Assembly: GCF_006345805.1 (NCBI RefSeq)
Contig: NC_043000.1
Span: forward strand, 123,070,001-123,134,000
Length of the DNA stretch: 64,000 nucleotides
Direction of reading: 5' to 3'
DNA from: Octopus sinensis
Lineage: Eukaryota
Positions 1-13,582 of the stretch are shown here, piece by piece (the stretch's first letter is position 1; each line of letters opens with the position of its first letter). The position numbers and the translations under genes were made by a program. A model generated the notes under the pieces. The model was not told the DNA's origin and searched no databases. It saw nothing but the letters and a program-made list of their open reading frames with translations.

Positions 1-80
1 AGTATCTATGCTACTTTCTTTGAAATGGTTTTTACTATTTCATTAAGAACAATGAAAAACAGAATACGTAGAGAGAAATT

Positions 81-282
81 TTCTTTCTACTGTAGGTTCA
101 AGGCCCGAAATTTGGTGTTTGGTGACTAGTTTATTATATTAACGCCAGTACTCAACTAGTACTTATCTTATCGAGCCAAAAGGCAAAGCCAACTTCGGGT
201 GAATTCAGAACGTGATGAGCTGGAAGAAATGCTGCTAAGCATTTTGTCTGATGTACTAACGATTCTGCCAGCTCACCGCCTT
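81..282 (-). mobile_element. SINE family B (GGCGGCGAGCTGGCAGAA head), decayed
   Basis: Reverse-strand head CTGCCAGCTCACCGCC and core AAAGGCAAAGCCAAC. Confidence 0.75.
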
Positions 283-545
283 TCTTAAGGAAAGAAAATT
301 AATGTCTACTGGTATTTAACTAGATCCCTTTACATTCTGAATTGGAATTCAATCGAGGCCATCTCTTCTCGAATCGATGAAGTACATAGCAATGCTACTT
401 ATTTCTCATTGAGAGCCATTCAAAACAGCCAACATCTCTTACTTGCATCATGTGCTTCCCATGCTGATTTGACCAAAACAAAAGCCTAACTTAAGCTAAA
501 TAAAGACCTAATAGGGAATTATGAGACAGTGTTATCAGGAAAGGT

Positions 546-848
546 GGAGGCACATGGCCTAGTGGTTTGAGCAGCGGACTCGCGGTCGAGGGATCGCGGG
601 TTCGAATCTCAGACCAGGCGATGTGTATGTTTATGAGCGAAACACCTAAGCTCCATGCGGCTCCGGCAGAAGGTAATGGCGAACTTCTGCTGACTCTTTC
701 ACCACAGCTTTCTCTCACTCTTTCCTCCTGCATCTTGCAGCTCACCTGTGACGGACCGGCGTCCAGTCCAAATGGGGAACCTATACGCCAACGAAACTGG
801 GAAACCGGCCCTTATGAGCCAGGCGTGGCTCGAGAAGGAACAAACAAC
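546..848 (+). mobile_element. tRNA-derived SINE with V-domain-like body
   Basis: A box TGGCCTAGTGG, B box GGTTCGAATC, body GACGGACCGGCGTCCAGTCC..GAAACCGG, CAAA tail. Confidence 0.75.
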
Positions 849-2957
849 TGTTCCTTCTAAAGGATGAAACAACAAACAAACAATTATCAGGAAAGAATAT
901 GGCAAATGTGAATTAAAAGACTGATAATTATAAGAAGTGGGGAGACAAAAAATAGACCGTCTTTAGTGAGTTTTGAACCTAGATGCGAAAACGACAAAGC
1001 TATAAGTTGTAGTCTATCTAGATCGACATATTACTAGTGCTATGGAATAAACCATTATCATATCAGTTATATTAGTAGTGAGTTGAAACAAGATTACAAC
1101 AAAACTTCGTTTATTTCTAGTGCTGTATTTTAATATTTCAGTTATGTTGAGATCAAGATGAAATTTAAGAAATATTCCATTTTGTTCAAGAAATCAGATT
1201 TTGTAATTGATTCAGTTTCTGGTAATAGATCCTATATAGTTATTTGAGCAGTAGACGTAACATTCACATGCAGCTAAGATTTCTTTCGGTCGTTACGGAA
1301 CATTGATTAACGCCTCAATAAGTAAGTGGGAAAGGTTGGTTTATGAGAGAATCATTCATGTAAAGATTCAGTCAAATAAAGAGTGTGCGAAAATATAAAG
1401 ATAGAAAGATGCTGTTGGAAATCTAAACGAGAGAAGGGAGAGTGAGGAGGGAGAGTTGTGAGGAAAAGAAAAGAGATGTGTGAAAGAAAGGGAAAGAGAG
1501 AGGACTGTAAAAAAGAGAAAAATTATTCTGGAGTATTACTACACGTGCCTGATATAACAAGTATACCTATCTGCTAGTCTCTTCTCGTATTTTCTGCGTA
1601 TGATAAATTAAATCTTATTCCCGTTCTTACGCTGCAAATGATAAACAAGCGGAAAAAAGTTGATGCTAAAAAATGATGTGGAGAAAATAATGAACGGTGA
1701 CGATATGAACGTAAATGTTATTAATGAATAGCTGAATCAATTATGTTACATAATTAGTATTGATTTTTTTTGTATAGGCACAAAACCTCAGATTCATATG
1801 GGAGCAGAATTGGATTAATGGCGGGTGTTCATACTTTTCCAAAGAGTATATTAGCAAAGAAGGTGAAAGGGAATCATTTCAAGCGGGTAGTAAATCAGAA
1901 CACGTATCTGACTCCTGGGAGACTATGCTTCTCGATGCTTATATGATCAATACGTACATTATTTTTTTTTTCTAATATTTATGGTAATACTGACTTTCTT
2001 CAACATGCCACATTAGCTCACTGAAGAAAATCCATCAACTGCAGATATGATCTCTATTAAAGACCATCTTTATTATCATTTTAATATATACTGAGTAGTA
2101 GTAGTAGTAGTAGTAGTAGCAACAGCAGCAGCAGTAGAAGTAATTGTCACTATTATCGGTGCAGCTTCTTCTTGAACCAAAGAAAGTTTCCGTTATGTAA
2201 TTGTTTGACTTCCTAACAATAGTTGCTGTATTCCTTTAATATCACATCTTAGTCTTAAAAATGAAGAACATATTTCATAATATAGTCCTACATACACTGT
2301 GCCTGAAACAGAGACGGGATGGCTATGACTGGAAAGGTTTAGATCATAGATCTGCTCGATAAGGGATGAACTGAGGTTTCATAAGAACAACCATTTCAAC
2401 CATTTTTTCTTATATTTCTGACTGAATGATGTTTTCTTCAACTCTAAATGTGCTCCTAGATGGCTTCATATTATTTTCTATGTGTATAAATTCCGATTAA
2501 ATAACTGTGAGCCTAATAAGTTATAAAGTATTTCAATTTATACCATTAATATCATTGAAATGTATTTCATAGATAGCCTCTCTAATATAAAGTCAAGAAT
2601 AGCAGTTATATTATAGGCTTATCCCTGTCGATACAACGTCATTTTAATCAGTAAAAGACTGGTGAATAGTTCATGGCAAAGGGAAGGCTAAATTTAACCA
2701 GTAGTTTGCATGTGCGCCATTGAAAGATGTTCTTTGTAACGAGTCAGAAAGTAAGACTTGCGCAAACGCTTAACTTGCGAGAAATAGCAACTGAATTTCT
2801 TTCAAAATATACTTCACTCTTCCAAAACAGCGCCTTAAATAATATGGTCCATGATCCCCTTCACTTAAGAAAAATATGACCACGGCTTCAGGACGTTTGA
2901 TTGGGACTTGTTGCAATTTGCCTCAGTTTTTTTTTCCGATAGGGGCTAAAATTTATA

Positions 2958-3106
2958 TGGCTGTGTGGTAAGAAGCTTGCTTCCCAATCACATGGTTCTG
3001 CGTTCAGTCCTACTGCATGGCGCCTTGGGCAAGTGTTTTCTACCATAGCCTCGGGCCGATCAAAGCCTTGTGAGTGGATTTGGTAGACAGAAACTGAAAG
3101 AGACTG

Positions 3107-3165
<59 letters not shown>

Positions 3166-3305
3166 CGGCGAAAGAGACAGATGGAATAAGTACCAGGCTT
3201 GAGAAATAATCCTGGGGTCGATTTGTTCGACTGAAATCCTTGAAGGCGGTGCTCCAGCATGATGACCGCAGTGAGATAACTGAAACAAGTAAAAGAATAA
3301 AAGAA
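2958..3305 (+). mobile_element. SINE family A (TGGCTGTGTGGTAAG head, CCTTGGGCAAGTG core, internal (GT)n)
   Basis: A/B boxes, core, and AAGTAAAAGAATAAAAG tail. Confidence 0.88.
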
Positions 3306-4677
3306 TATATGTATATATATATATATACACTATTAATACTGCTAAATATAACGGAATTCCGAAGAAATTCATACCAACACCTCCTAAATTCGAATTACTA
3401 AAAATCAACTTAGAATTATTCAAAATGTGAAATTAGAAGCGAATTTTAAATTATCAAAACTACTAAAGATTGTCACCCTGTTATATGCTACACTTCAACA
3501 ATCTCGACCTTAAAACATTCTACTTCCTGTGTTTCCAAAATGACATTGCTTACATTTATATGCTTGAATAAAGCTTACAGCTGTTTCATATCTTCAATAG
3601 ATTCATTGTTGACAACTTTCTTTTTCGTAACAAGACTTCTCATTTCAGTGAATATAAACTACTTTTTGCATATGGGTAACATTATGGCGTAAGACAGCTT
3701 TACATTGTTGTATAATGAGATATTTTGTTTCCTTGCGAAATTTTCCTCTCCATAGAGGTATCTCATACAAATCAACTAATTAATACATTGAAAATTTATA
3801 TAAAACCAACTCATAAAAGCTTTTGGAAAATATAAGGTATAAAAGGAAATAAAATAGTTCATAAATAGTGGTGAAAAAGACAACAGGAATCAATTTAATG
3901 AAAAATATAAGCAAAGCGATTATGTACATGAATATCTCAGAATACAATTTAGCTTGTATACAAATACTTTTCCCAGATGGGAATATACTAATTATCTTCA
4001 ATTCATTTATCAAGAGGATTAGACGTTTACCATAACAATGGTTAACTTTGAAACGCAGCATGATCTTTAATTGTATTCCTGTTTCAAACTATTGAGCGAT
4101 TTAATGAGAATATAACTGAATAGGAATCAACATTAGGATAAGCTACAAATTTATCGAATTGAAAATAATAGCCTTTATGCATTTCTCAAGTATGTTAAGG
4201 ACATATGTGAAATGCAGCAGTACCAGCGATGAAAAAGCTGCACTGTGGATATACAAACAAACCACGATATTTGGGGAGTTGTAAAGCTCGAGTCTTTTCT
4301 AAGGATTTTAATGATGAAATTGAAAATAATTTTACTGGTAATCATAAATGCATCCCCAAGGCAGCTGCCTTTGAAAACAATTCCATAGCATAAAACCTAC
4401 AAAGTACATAAAAAGAATAAAGAGAGAAACGTAAATGAGATGCACGAAGTGAACAAACGTATAATAAAGTCTATAGAGAATATTCTGGAAGAATAAAAAT
4501 TGATAAAAGCGTCAAAGGTTTTTTTCTGATATATAGGAAATTCGGCAGAGAGTGTATTTCAACGAAAGGTTCTGTTATATATTCTTTATTGCTCCAATAG
4601 GCAAATATATTCCTTATACTTATCTTCAAAAATTATCTGCAGTGCATTTATGTTCATACATCGTCTGCATATATATA

Positions 4678-4728
<51 letters not shown>

Positions 4729-5106
4729 ATATTCACTCTTATTCCTAAATAATTCTGCAGTGAGAAATTGATTGAATAAATTTTAGACATGTCCAATTAC
4801 TGAGCTAGTAAATTAAATTATCTCTGTATATCTGTGTGAGTGTATGTGCGAGAGAGAGAGAGTGAGTGTGTGTGTGTCTGTCTGTCTGTGAGTGTGCGCG
4901 TGCGCAACAGAACATAAACTAGTTGAACAGAAATATTTATATATGTATGTATTTCTTTTCAACTAGCTTATGTTGTGTTGTGTATACACACACATATATA
5001 TGCACATATATATTCATTTATCTATATACATACATATATAAATATATGTATGCATACATGTATATATATATTTGTATATATATGCATATATGCATACATG
5101 CATGTA

Positions 5107-5147
<41 letters not shown>

Positions 5148-5448
5148 TACGTGTATGTATGAATGTATGTACGTATGTATTCTCAGACACTAAAACGTAT
5201 GGTTAATTTCTGGTTTAGGCATTTTGTCAAATTTTCACTATAACGTGGATTGATTCTGGATAACAAAATAGATTTTTACAACCTGATGATATGGGTTAAA
5301 CACTAACATCAACAGATTGGCGAAGACCGACAAAGTCGAAAACTCAATTCTTTGATTTTTAGATATACTTCGTTCAAGAATTATTTTAGACTAGCAACTA
5401 AACATACATTCTCATACGGAAATTAATTCATTAACTATTACAAATATT

Positions 5449-5828
5449 CTTTTCTGCTCTAGGCAAAAGGCCCGAAATTTTGGGGGAGGGGGCCAGTCGA
5501 TTAGTTCAACCCCAGTACGCAACCGGTACTTAATTTATCGATCCCGAAAGGATGAAGGTAAAGTCGACCTCGACAGAATTTGAACTCGGACGTGAAGACA
5601 AACGAAATGCCTATTTCTTTACTACCCACAAGGGGCTAAACACAGAGAGGACAAACAAGGACAGACAAACGGATTAAGTCGATTACATCGATCCCAGTGC
5701 GTAACTGGTACTTAATTTATTGACCCCGAAAGGATGAAAGGCAAAGTCGACCTCAGAACGTAACGGCAGACGAAATACCGCTAAGCATTTCACCCGGAGT
5801 GCTAGCGTTTCTGCCAGCTCGCTCTCTT
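5449..5828 (-). mobile_element. SINE family B dimer with 19-bp TSD
   Basis: Two cores; flanked by ATTAACTATTACAAATATT at 5430-5448 and 5829-5847. Confidence 0.9.
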
Positions 5829-6289
5829 ATTAACTATTACAAATATTGATCACCAAATGAGATACCCTGTATACAGTTAATTGACCTACTAGAAATACCA
5901 GCTTAACGCCTTTGAAATTACTCCTATGTTTTTCTTCAAGAAGCAGGTCTTAATAAGTGGTCCTAGGCGCTCTGTGCCTGAAATGTAAAGAAAAGATTAT
6001 CTCAACGGGTACATCTTTAGTGATAGGCCTTCTAAATCCCGGCTGATGTGAGGATTAACAAGAACAAGCAAATGACTACGAATTCGATAGAAGTCGGGGA
6101 TAAAGATAAATATTGTCAATGGTCGATATAGAATGAATGTAATATACTTTACTAAGGAAACTGCTTAGTATTGAATATCCCAGCATAAGTTTGTGTCAAA
6201 AGTTATTTTGTTATGTAATAAATCATATGATGCTATTTAATTGACTTCGATTATAAACGTTGTGAAAACCCATGTAGAAGGAAAATTAG

Positions 6290-6338
<49 letters not shown>

Positions 6339-8546
6339 TAGATAGATAGATATCATGCAATACCGACTATGTTAGTCATAAAAATTGCGACAATATTAAT
6401 CATAAACACTAATCAGATAAAGAGATTAATGTAATCCCTCTTCCTAAAAGTTTTATTTCTACATTTCAGTTTCCAAAAACTCATTAATTATTTCTCTTTG
6501 TGATTGACAAGCCTCATTATTTAGAAAGAATGATGAAAAGAAAAATACTTTACTTTGTTATAGAGTTTCGTATAAGAATATTTTGTATGGTTCCATCGAA
6601 CTTGCGGACTCATGACAGCGTCTAAAACAACACTTTGCAGTATTTGTTCCGGTTCCCTGTGTTTTGAGTTCAAATCCTGTTGAGGTATTGAGGTCAACTT
6701 GGAATTTCATCCTTCTGGAATCGCTAAAATAAATAACAAATCAAGTACTCTTTAACTGTGTATCGCGCAGAGTGGAGGTTGCCGTGCATAAAACCTTTAG
6801 GAATCGCACAAAGTTATTGTTTTTGAGTTCCTATCTATCCAATTGACAAGCACCAACCTCTTGCCAAAAACATATGCTAAAATTTTAATACAGCATAGTT
6901 GTATGTATGAAGTTGTCTTCTATGTCTCCTTTGTTCGGTTTCTTTCTCAGTTTATATAACTTAGAAGGTTTCTAGACTTGTCGGTAGCAATATACACACA
7001 AGCAAAGACAGCGAGCTGGCAGAATCGTTAGCACGCCGGGCGAATTTTCTTTTTGGGTGATGATCGTATAATGAATGTGCTATGTATGTTGTGTTGTGTT
7101 TGGTGGTAATTCAGCTGAGTGTGAAGAGTGTGTTATACTTATTAGCTGAGGATTGTAAAGAATGATTTGGGTGATTTATATTGTTGTGCCTTACAGGATT
7201 TATGTTCTTCGTGCAGAGAGAATGTTCTTTGCGTTATGATGATGAATTGGAAGTGTCTTTTGTAGGATGTGGACTACGCCTAACAGAGATATTTCAGGAC
7301 TCTGTGTACTTTTGCTTGTTTATCTTTTTTCATTGTTTTTCTTTGTGTTCATTTTTATCATACTCAATGCCCTAATCATTATCGGTATATTATGTAACCA
7401 ACTTTCACCGTAATTCCCTTTGCTTTCTATCCTTTCGAAAAAGACTAAGTACCAGTAATATACTTAAGCCAGTTCAGCTGACTGTAAATTGTCCCAGAAT
7501 ACTTCGCATCTCTTTACCTTATAATTCCTTAACTTCAAATTTCTAACCCTGCTTGATATTACGACGAAATGATTATCTCCCTTGTAACAGCAGTGACCGT
7601 TAGGGAGAGGACTGCGTGTGTTCGTTGTTGTTGTTATTCATTATTATTTTTATTATATTTAACAGTCTTGACCACAACAATTTTCTCGCTATCCCTCCTT
7701 CATCTCTTACTGATGAATGTTATATCGGTTTCTCGGTTTCTGATTTGATTTTTTCCCGGTTATCGTTAAATCGTTTTGAGCCGCGTTTCCTTACGATAAA
7801 TTCTTTGAGAATTAGCAAAAGATTTCATGTATTATGGTACTTTCTGCTTTCAGGTACTTATTTATTTATCAATTTTGTTACCCTATTTCCCTAGTATTGT
7901 CTCTATTTCTTCCCCACCACTCGTACAATTCATGGGGATTGGGGTTTCTTGCTTTTCTTTCATATTTGTCTCTGCACGATTTCCACGTCGTTTTCATGAA
8001 ATGTTTTGAGAGTGACCCAAGTTTCTTTTGTGACTATTTGCAACTGGTTTATTTCCTTACTTGATTTATTTTAGTTATACTAATAATGTTTCATACCCAT
8101 TCTTTATCCTAGAATAGTCTGTGTTGTTTATTTCTATTTCTCGTTATTTTGACGTTAAATTTCCTTTCTAAGTGTCTTTCATTGGACAATACGAAGTTCT
8201 TCTATCGTTGTTAAGTCTTTAACAATTTCCACATTTAGATTATTGAAAATTCAATATTTTTACCCTTTTCTTTTTTATTTTAGCTTTATAACTTAGATAT
8301 TTCTCATAATTCACTTTTCTTTATATTTTCCTTTGTGTTTGATCTAGCTTTTGTAGGTAACATTTCATAGGTATAATGAAACTTGATTTTCTTTCCATTT
8401 GTTATTCTTTCATTGGTTTTGCTTGTGTTAAGCCAGTGTTCCAGATTTATGTTCTCAATATTTATAGTTTGAATATATTTTTAAAATTTCTTTTGTACTT
8501 TTGCTATTTGTGCTTGTTCGTTGTTTGTTTATTTGTTTTTTATTAC

Positions 8547-8606
<60 letters not shown>

Positions 8607-8909
8607 CTTGACTATGCATTCATTCTTTTATGGGTTGTATTTCTGTCTTTGATATATCTTCATTTTAAGTATGTTTATTCTAAATTTATCTCATCTTTGA
8701 GATCCAAAGCTACTTTATATTTAGGTTATTTTTGTCCACACACACACGTGACAGTTATGTTATTTATTGTTTTTTATTACCGTTTAGCCCCACATCTAAC
8801 CTGCTAGAGCAGATGTACGAATAAAGCCATGACTGCTATGACTATCCTATATTTTTCCAGGCTAGTGTGTGTGTATATACATATATATATATATATATAC
8901 ATATATATA

Positions 8910-9320
8910 GGCGAAGGAGTGCCTGTGTGGTTAGTAGCTTGCTTACCAACCACATGGTTCTGGGTTCAGTCCCACTGCGTAACACCTTGAGCAAGTGTCT
9001 TCTACTATAGCCTCGGGATAACCAAAGCCTAGTGAGTGGATTTGTAGACGGAAACTGAAAGAAGCCCGTCGTATATATGTATATATATGTGTGTGTGTTT
9101 GTGTGTCTGTGTTTGTCCCCCTCTCCAAAATCGCTTGACAATTGATGCTGGTGTGTTTACGTCCCCGTAACTTAGCGGTTCGGTAAAAGAGACCGATAGA
9201 ATAAGTACTAGGCTTACAAAGAATAAGTCTTGGGGTCGATCTGCTCGACTAAAGGTGATGCTCCAGCACGGCCGCAGTCAAATGATTGAAACAAGTAAAA
9301 TAGTAAAAAGAGTAAAGAGT
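8910..9320 (+). mobile_element. SINE family A, full length
   Basis: Near-consensus, flanked 5' by (TA)n. Confidence 0.9.
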
Positions 9321-10053
9321 ATACTAAGATTTGAAGGTTAATTCTAGCAACTTAAGAGGCCGTTTCGTTTTGTAAATTTATTGAACGTTGTTTGAGTGTG
9401 GCGTATATAACAAGACTGGGGGAGCTTAATCTCATTATGTGCCACCTCTAGATAGGAGAACGCAACTTGGAGAAGGAATTTGCTTTGGCAGTAAAGATTA
9501 CATAAAATCTTGATCTCCAGAGTGAATATGAAACCCATGTATGCTTTATTTCTATGTCTTTTGTATTTTTTAATCGTCTAATCAAGAAGGAAGGCAGTAC
9601 TCCTAGTCCTTTATTAGACGGAGAAAAGCTCACTCAGGTGGAAAACTTAGCCCGAATGATTGGGTTCTGTTAAACGTACTCAAGATGTTAGAAGGTATTG
9701 AATTTGGTGACACCATTAAGTCTGTCACCCAAGTAGAAAACAGTGGGATTTGAACTCAAGTAAAATGACAGAATAAATGCTGCAAAGCATGTCTCTCTCT
9801 AAAATACTACTTTCTTATCGACAATATAAGATGAAGTTGACGGCAGCAAGATTTGAACTCAGAGTATCGGCACAAATATCGATAAGTATTGTATACGACA
9901 CTTTAACGAATGCCAATTCACCGTATATATTCACTATTTGGGTAATTTTTGGTTGCTATAGTATTTATACATTATCGTACATCTCACTAAATACTTCTGC
10001 CTTTTAAATCGTTTTTTTTTCAAGTCTTCTTTTTTTTCTCTGCTATTTTTCAG

Positions 10054-10183
10054 GATGTTTGTAAAAACCAAGTAAACAGTTACAGAAAAAGTTGCATAAA
10101 GAAACAGTTACAGATAATCGGCGAAGTAAACAGTTACAAGTGAAATTCGGATGAGCGTTGTGCTTCATTACTCGATTACATAT
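10054..10183 (+). other. Candidate 5' UTR exon of the neurexin gene
   Basis: A long T/C tract ends in TTTTTCAG (10053) and a GTAAGT donor starts at 10184; the 130 nt between them are non-repetitive. No transcript evidence. Confidence 0.4.
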
Positions 10184-10749
10184 GTAAGTTCTTGTTATAT
10201 TTGATTTACTCTTTAGTGGAAACAGCGAATAAGCTATGTACCAGAGCACACAACATGTGCCAGCATACTTGCATTCTTGTTTCTCACATACAAAGCTTTA
10301 TTCAACATTAATACAAGAAAACAAAAATCAATAACATTATTATATCTTAGCATTAGACATGACAGAAACTATCTATATAAATATTGGGTGAATGGTGTCA
10401 AAGATATCGATCTTTTGGGAATAGGTGGCAAAATTGTTGATTTTCGTAAAAATGAAAACGATTAGAGTTACATGCTTATGATGAAATTAATTTCAAAATA
10501 AATTAATGAAATCGCTAATTTTCGTAAAAACTGATTAAAGTTGATTTTATTGAAATGAATTGGTACGAAATGGAAAATAATGTTAGTGCATAAATCTAGT
10601 TAATATTGAATTATTGTGTCCGAATAAGGCCATATATGCGTATAGAAACGGCTATGGTGGAAACGAGGTGGTAGTAAATTCTTCAATGCATTTTTTGCAG
10701 AATTCTGCTGGGGTTTTTTTTATTCCAATTATCCTTACCACTAATAATT

Positions 10750-10963
10750 CTTTCTACTACAGGCACAAGGCCTGAAATTTTGGGTAGAGGAAACTAGTCG
10801 CTTACATCAACCCCAGTGCTCAACTGATATTTATCTCATTGATCTCAAAATGGTGAAAAGGCAAAGTCGACCTCAGCAGCATTTGAACTCGATATAAAGC
10901 AAGAAGAAATGCCATGAAGCATGTTGTCAGACGTGCTAACGGTTCTGCCAGATCGCCGCCTTC
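10750..10963 (-). mobile_element. SINE family B
   Basis: GCAAAGTCGACCTC core and TTCTGCCAGATCGCCGCC head. Confidence 0.8.
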
Positions 10964-11380
10964 TTTACAACTAATAAGGAGTTCTAAATGTTTGTTTAGA
11001 GGGGATGAACATGGTCAGTCGTTTCGATTTCCAGTATATCTCTTGTAGTTATTTTAGTAATTCGGCCAGATGAGCGAAATAAGAAGTATTTTTGTAGTTG
11101 CTTTGACTTATTAGAAATAGCAGCTAAATCTTCCCCAAATTGCACTTCGTACAGTCTTTTAAAAATGGTAAGACTGATTATGTCATTCTGATTACATCAT
11201 GTCTGAAACATCAAAAAAGAAAAAGATGAAAAGATATGATTATCACAGGTGAATGCCTTGAATCGTAGATCTCTGGTCAGGGTTAACCTGGAGCTAAAAA
11301 ACATCAACAGCAGCAACAACCAATCCAGTCAGATGATAAAACAGAGTCAGCGCTGCAGGAACTGAACTCAGTATGTAGAG

Positions 11381-11388
11381 TGACGTCA
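11381..11388. promoter_or_regulatory. Perfect CRE palindrome TGACGTCA
   Basis: Exact CREB/ATF 8-mer in unique sequence ~2.2 kb upstream of the ATG; function unverified. Confidence 0.3.
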
Positions 11389-12447
11389 CCATGGAGTACT
11401 GCATTCATTGATTCATTGAATTTCTTTATATATAAAACACATATAATAAGTCTGAAATAATTATGTGTTTGGTTTCATCATAGTATCTCAAATGATAATT
11501 TAAATGTATTGCTTTAAATATGCTATATAGATTAAACAAAATGAATGAGAGAAAACAACACGATAGGTAGCCGCCTGTTTTGCTTGCATAGCTAATTCTA
11601 TATTGGTTTAATATATATAATGAGATGAAATTTTATAGCTGTAGTCGATTGTTTTCATTTCTATAGATCATATAAGATAATCAATAATTCAAAATGCCCT
11701 ATCGATGGTGCGATATCGACATAAAGTCATTTTCTAATTTAGTTTAGTCATGTGATTAAAAAACGTTCGCTTCGTAACCATGTGTTTTAGGTTTGATTTC
11801 TCTGCGTGTTGCCTTGCAAAAGTAGATTCTATAATAGCCTTTGGTCAACTAGAACCTTGTAAGTGAAATTTGGTGGACGTAAATTGTATGGAAACCCATC
11901 GAAGACACTATTCATGTTTCTCTGTCCGGTTGCTTGACTTAATTCGTTGCTCGGTTTAAAACCGGCACGTAAAGCCTTGAGTGCATTCAATGAAGTTCAT
12001 GCTGTTGCAAGCATCCAAGTCAGACTCCCGTTCTGAGAATACTTCCCACGCGTCAATCTCAGAGGTTCTGATTCTGATCTAGGACACTGCTCTTCCTTCT
12101 CCAACTAAACTATAAAAAAAAAACACGCAGTTCTGAAGCCAAAAAATAAATCATCTTGAATATGTCAAATTCAAGCCATAAAGCTACATTCTAATTAAAT
12201 TACTAATCTATTCCATGCGTTCAACAATTGTGTGACTCTTACAAAAAAAATTATCTTGTTACAGAATTCTATATTGTAGCCTATTTTGTCAGTCAACGAA
12301 AACATAACAAAGCGCTCATTTCACTAGCTTCTACTAATTAAGCTACATGGTTATTATAACTTGGTTATTATGACTGATAATAACATGGTTGTTACATTTG
12401 GTTATTTTAACTGATTATAACAGTGTTATTATGCTTGATTATTAAAA

Positions 12448-12952
12448 GGTGGCGAGCTGGCGGAAACGTTAGCACGCCGGGCGAAATACGTAGACGTATT
12501 TCGTTTGCTGTTAGGTTCTGGGTTCAAATTCCGCCGAGATCGACTTTGCCTTTCATCCCTTCAGGGTCGATAAATTAAGTACCAGTTACGCACTGGGGTC
12601 TATGTAATCGACTTAATCCATTTGTCTGTCCTTGTTTGTCCCCTCTGTGTTTAGCCCCTTGTGGGTAGTAAAGAAATAGGTATTTCGTCTGCCGCTACAT
12701 TCTGAATTCAAATTCCGCCGAGGTCGACTTTGCCTTTCATCCTTTTGGGGTCGATTAAATATAATCGACTTAATCCCTTTGTCTGTTTTTGTTTGTTCCC
12801 TCTGTGTTTAGCCCCTTGTGGGTAATAAAGAAATAGGTATTTCTTCTGTCTTTACGTTCTGAGTTCAAATTCCGTCAACTTTGCTTTTCATCCTTTCGGG
12901 GTTCGATAAATTAAGTACCAGTTATGTACTGGAGTCGACCTAATCGACTAGC
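12448..12952 (+). mobile_element. SINE family B trimer
   Basis: One full head, then three bodies joined twice at AAAGAAATAG|GTATTTC. Confidence 0.9.
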
Positions 12953-13188
12953 ACCTTGTAGAAAGGATTATATTCCACATTTATAATGTAATGTGACAGT
13001 ATCCTCCCCAATATATTACTGGTCTAATTTTTTCGAGACATAAAAAGCAGTGTTGGCTATAATATCTGCTGAACCCAGAGCATAAAGCGACATAAATATA
13101 AACTAGCAAATGTTTACTCGTTTTTCACAACTCAATATACTTCAATAAAACAAATATGAGTTATTTATTATTTTTCTTCTATTTTCAG

Positions 13189-13582
13189 AGATCCTGGCTT
13201 GACAAATAAAAACTTTTGGAAGTCTACAGACCCATTTTTTCGGTTAAAAGAGTTCCACTAGGACCATGTGACGCAGCTAATTTTCTTGGGAGATTTATTC
13301 TAAACTTGTTTGTGGATTAAAAAAAAACAGATTTCTTATATTACCATTATTATAATTATTATTGCTACTATTAAGATTAAAACATAAAATTTTTTTAAAA
13401 AGAATTATCAAAAGCATGTTTGGATATTTTACTAATCAGCTTGGAATCGTCTACAATTGTATAAGATATAATCTGTGATAGGCTACCGTAATAAAATCGG
13501 GGAAGCCAAATTGTTTTTGTCTCTGTGTTCTACCCAAAATTTCATCATTCCATTCCTAACACTTTTGTTCTCCCAGTTCAAA
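13189..13582 (+). other. Probable 5' UTR portion of the first coding exon (acceptor 13188; second possible acceptor 13576)
   Basis: TTTTTCTTCTATTTTCAG ends at 13188 and CTTTTGTTCTCCCAG ends at 13576, 6 nt before the ATG. No strong donor seen between them. Confidence 0.45.

Noticed and set aside
5283-5345. CTGATGA..GAC-AAA-GTC-GAAA as a hammerhead
   Set aside because: The core halves do not frame a common stem II, and no stem I, stem III or cleavage triplet can be drawn.
7060-8800. T-rich region with fragments resembling a Penelope ORF on the minus strand
   Set aside because: The putative motifs are weak and in the wrong order; left unassigned.
13475-13582. 36-aa N-terminal extension of the neurexin ORF in the ORF track
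   Set aside because: It starts at a non-ATG codon and is T-rich acceptor-like sequence; the signal peptide begins at ATG 13583.
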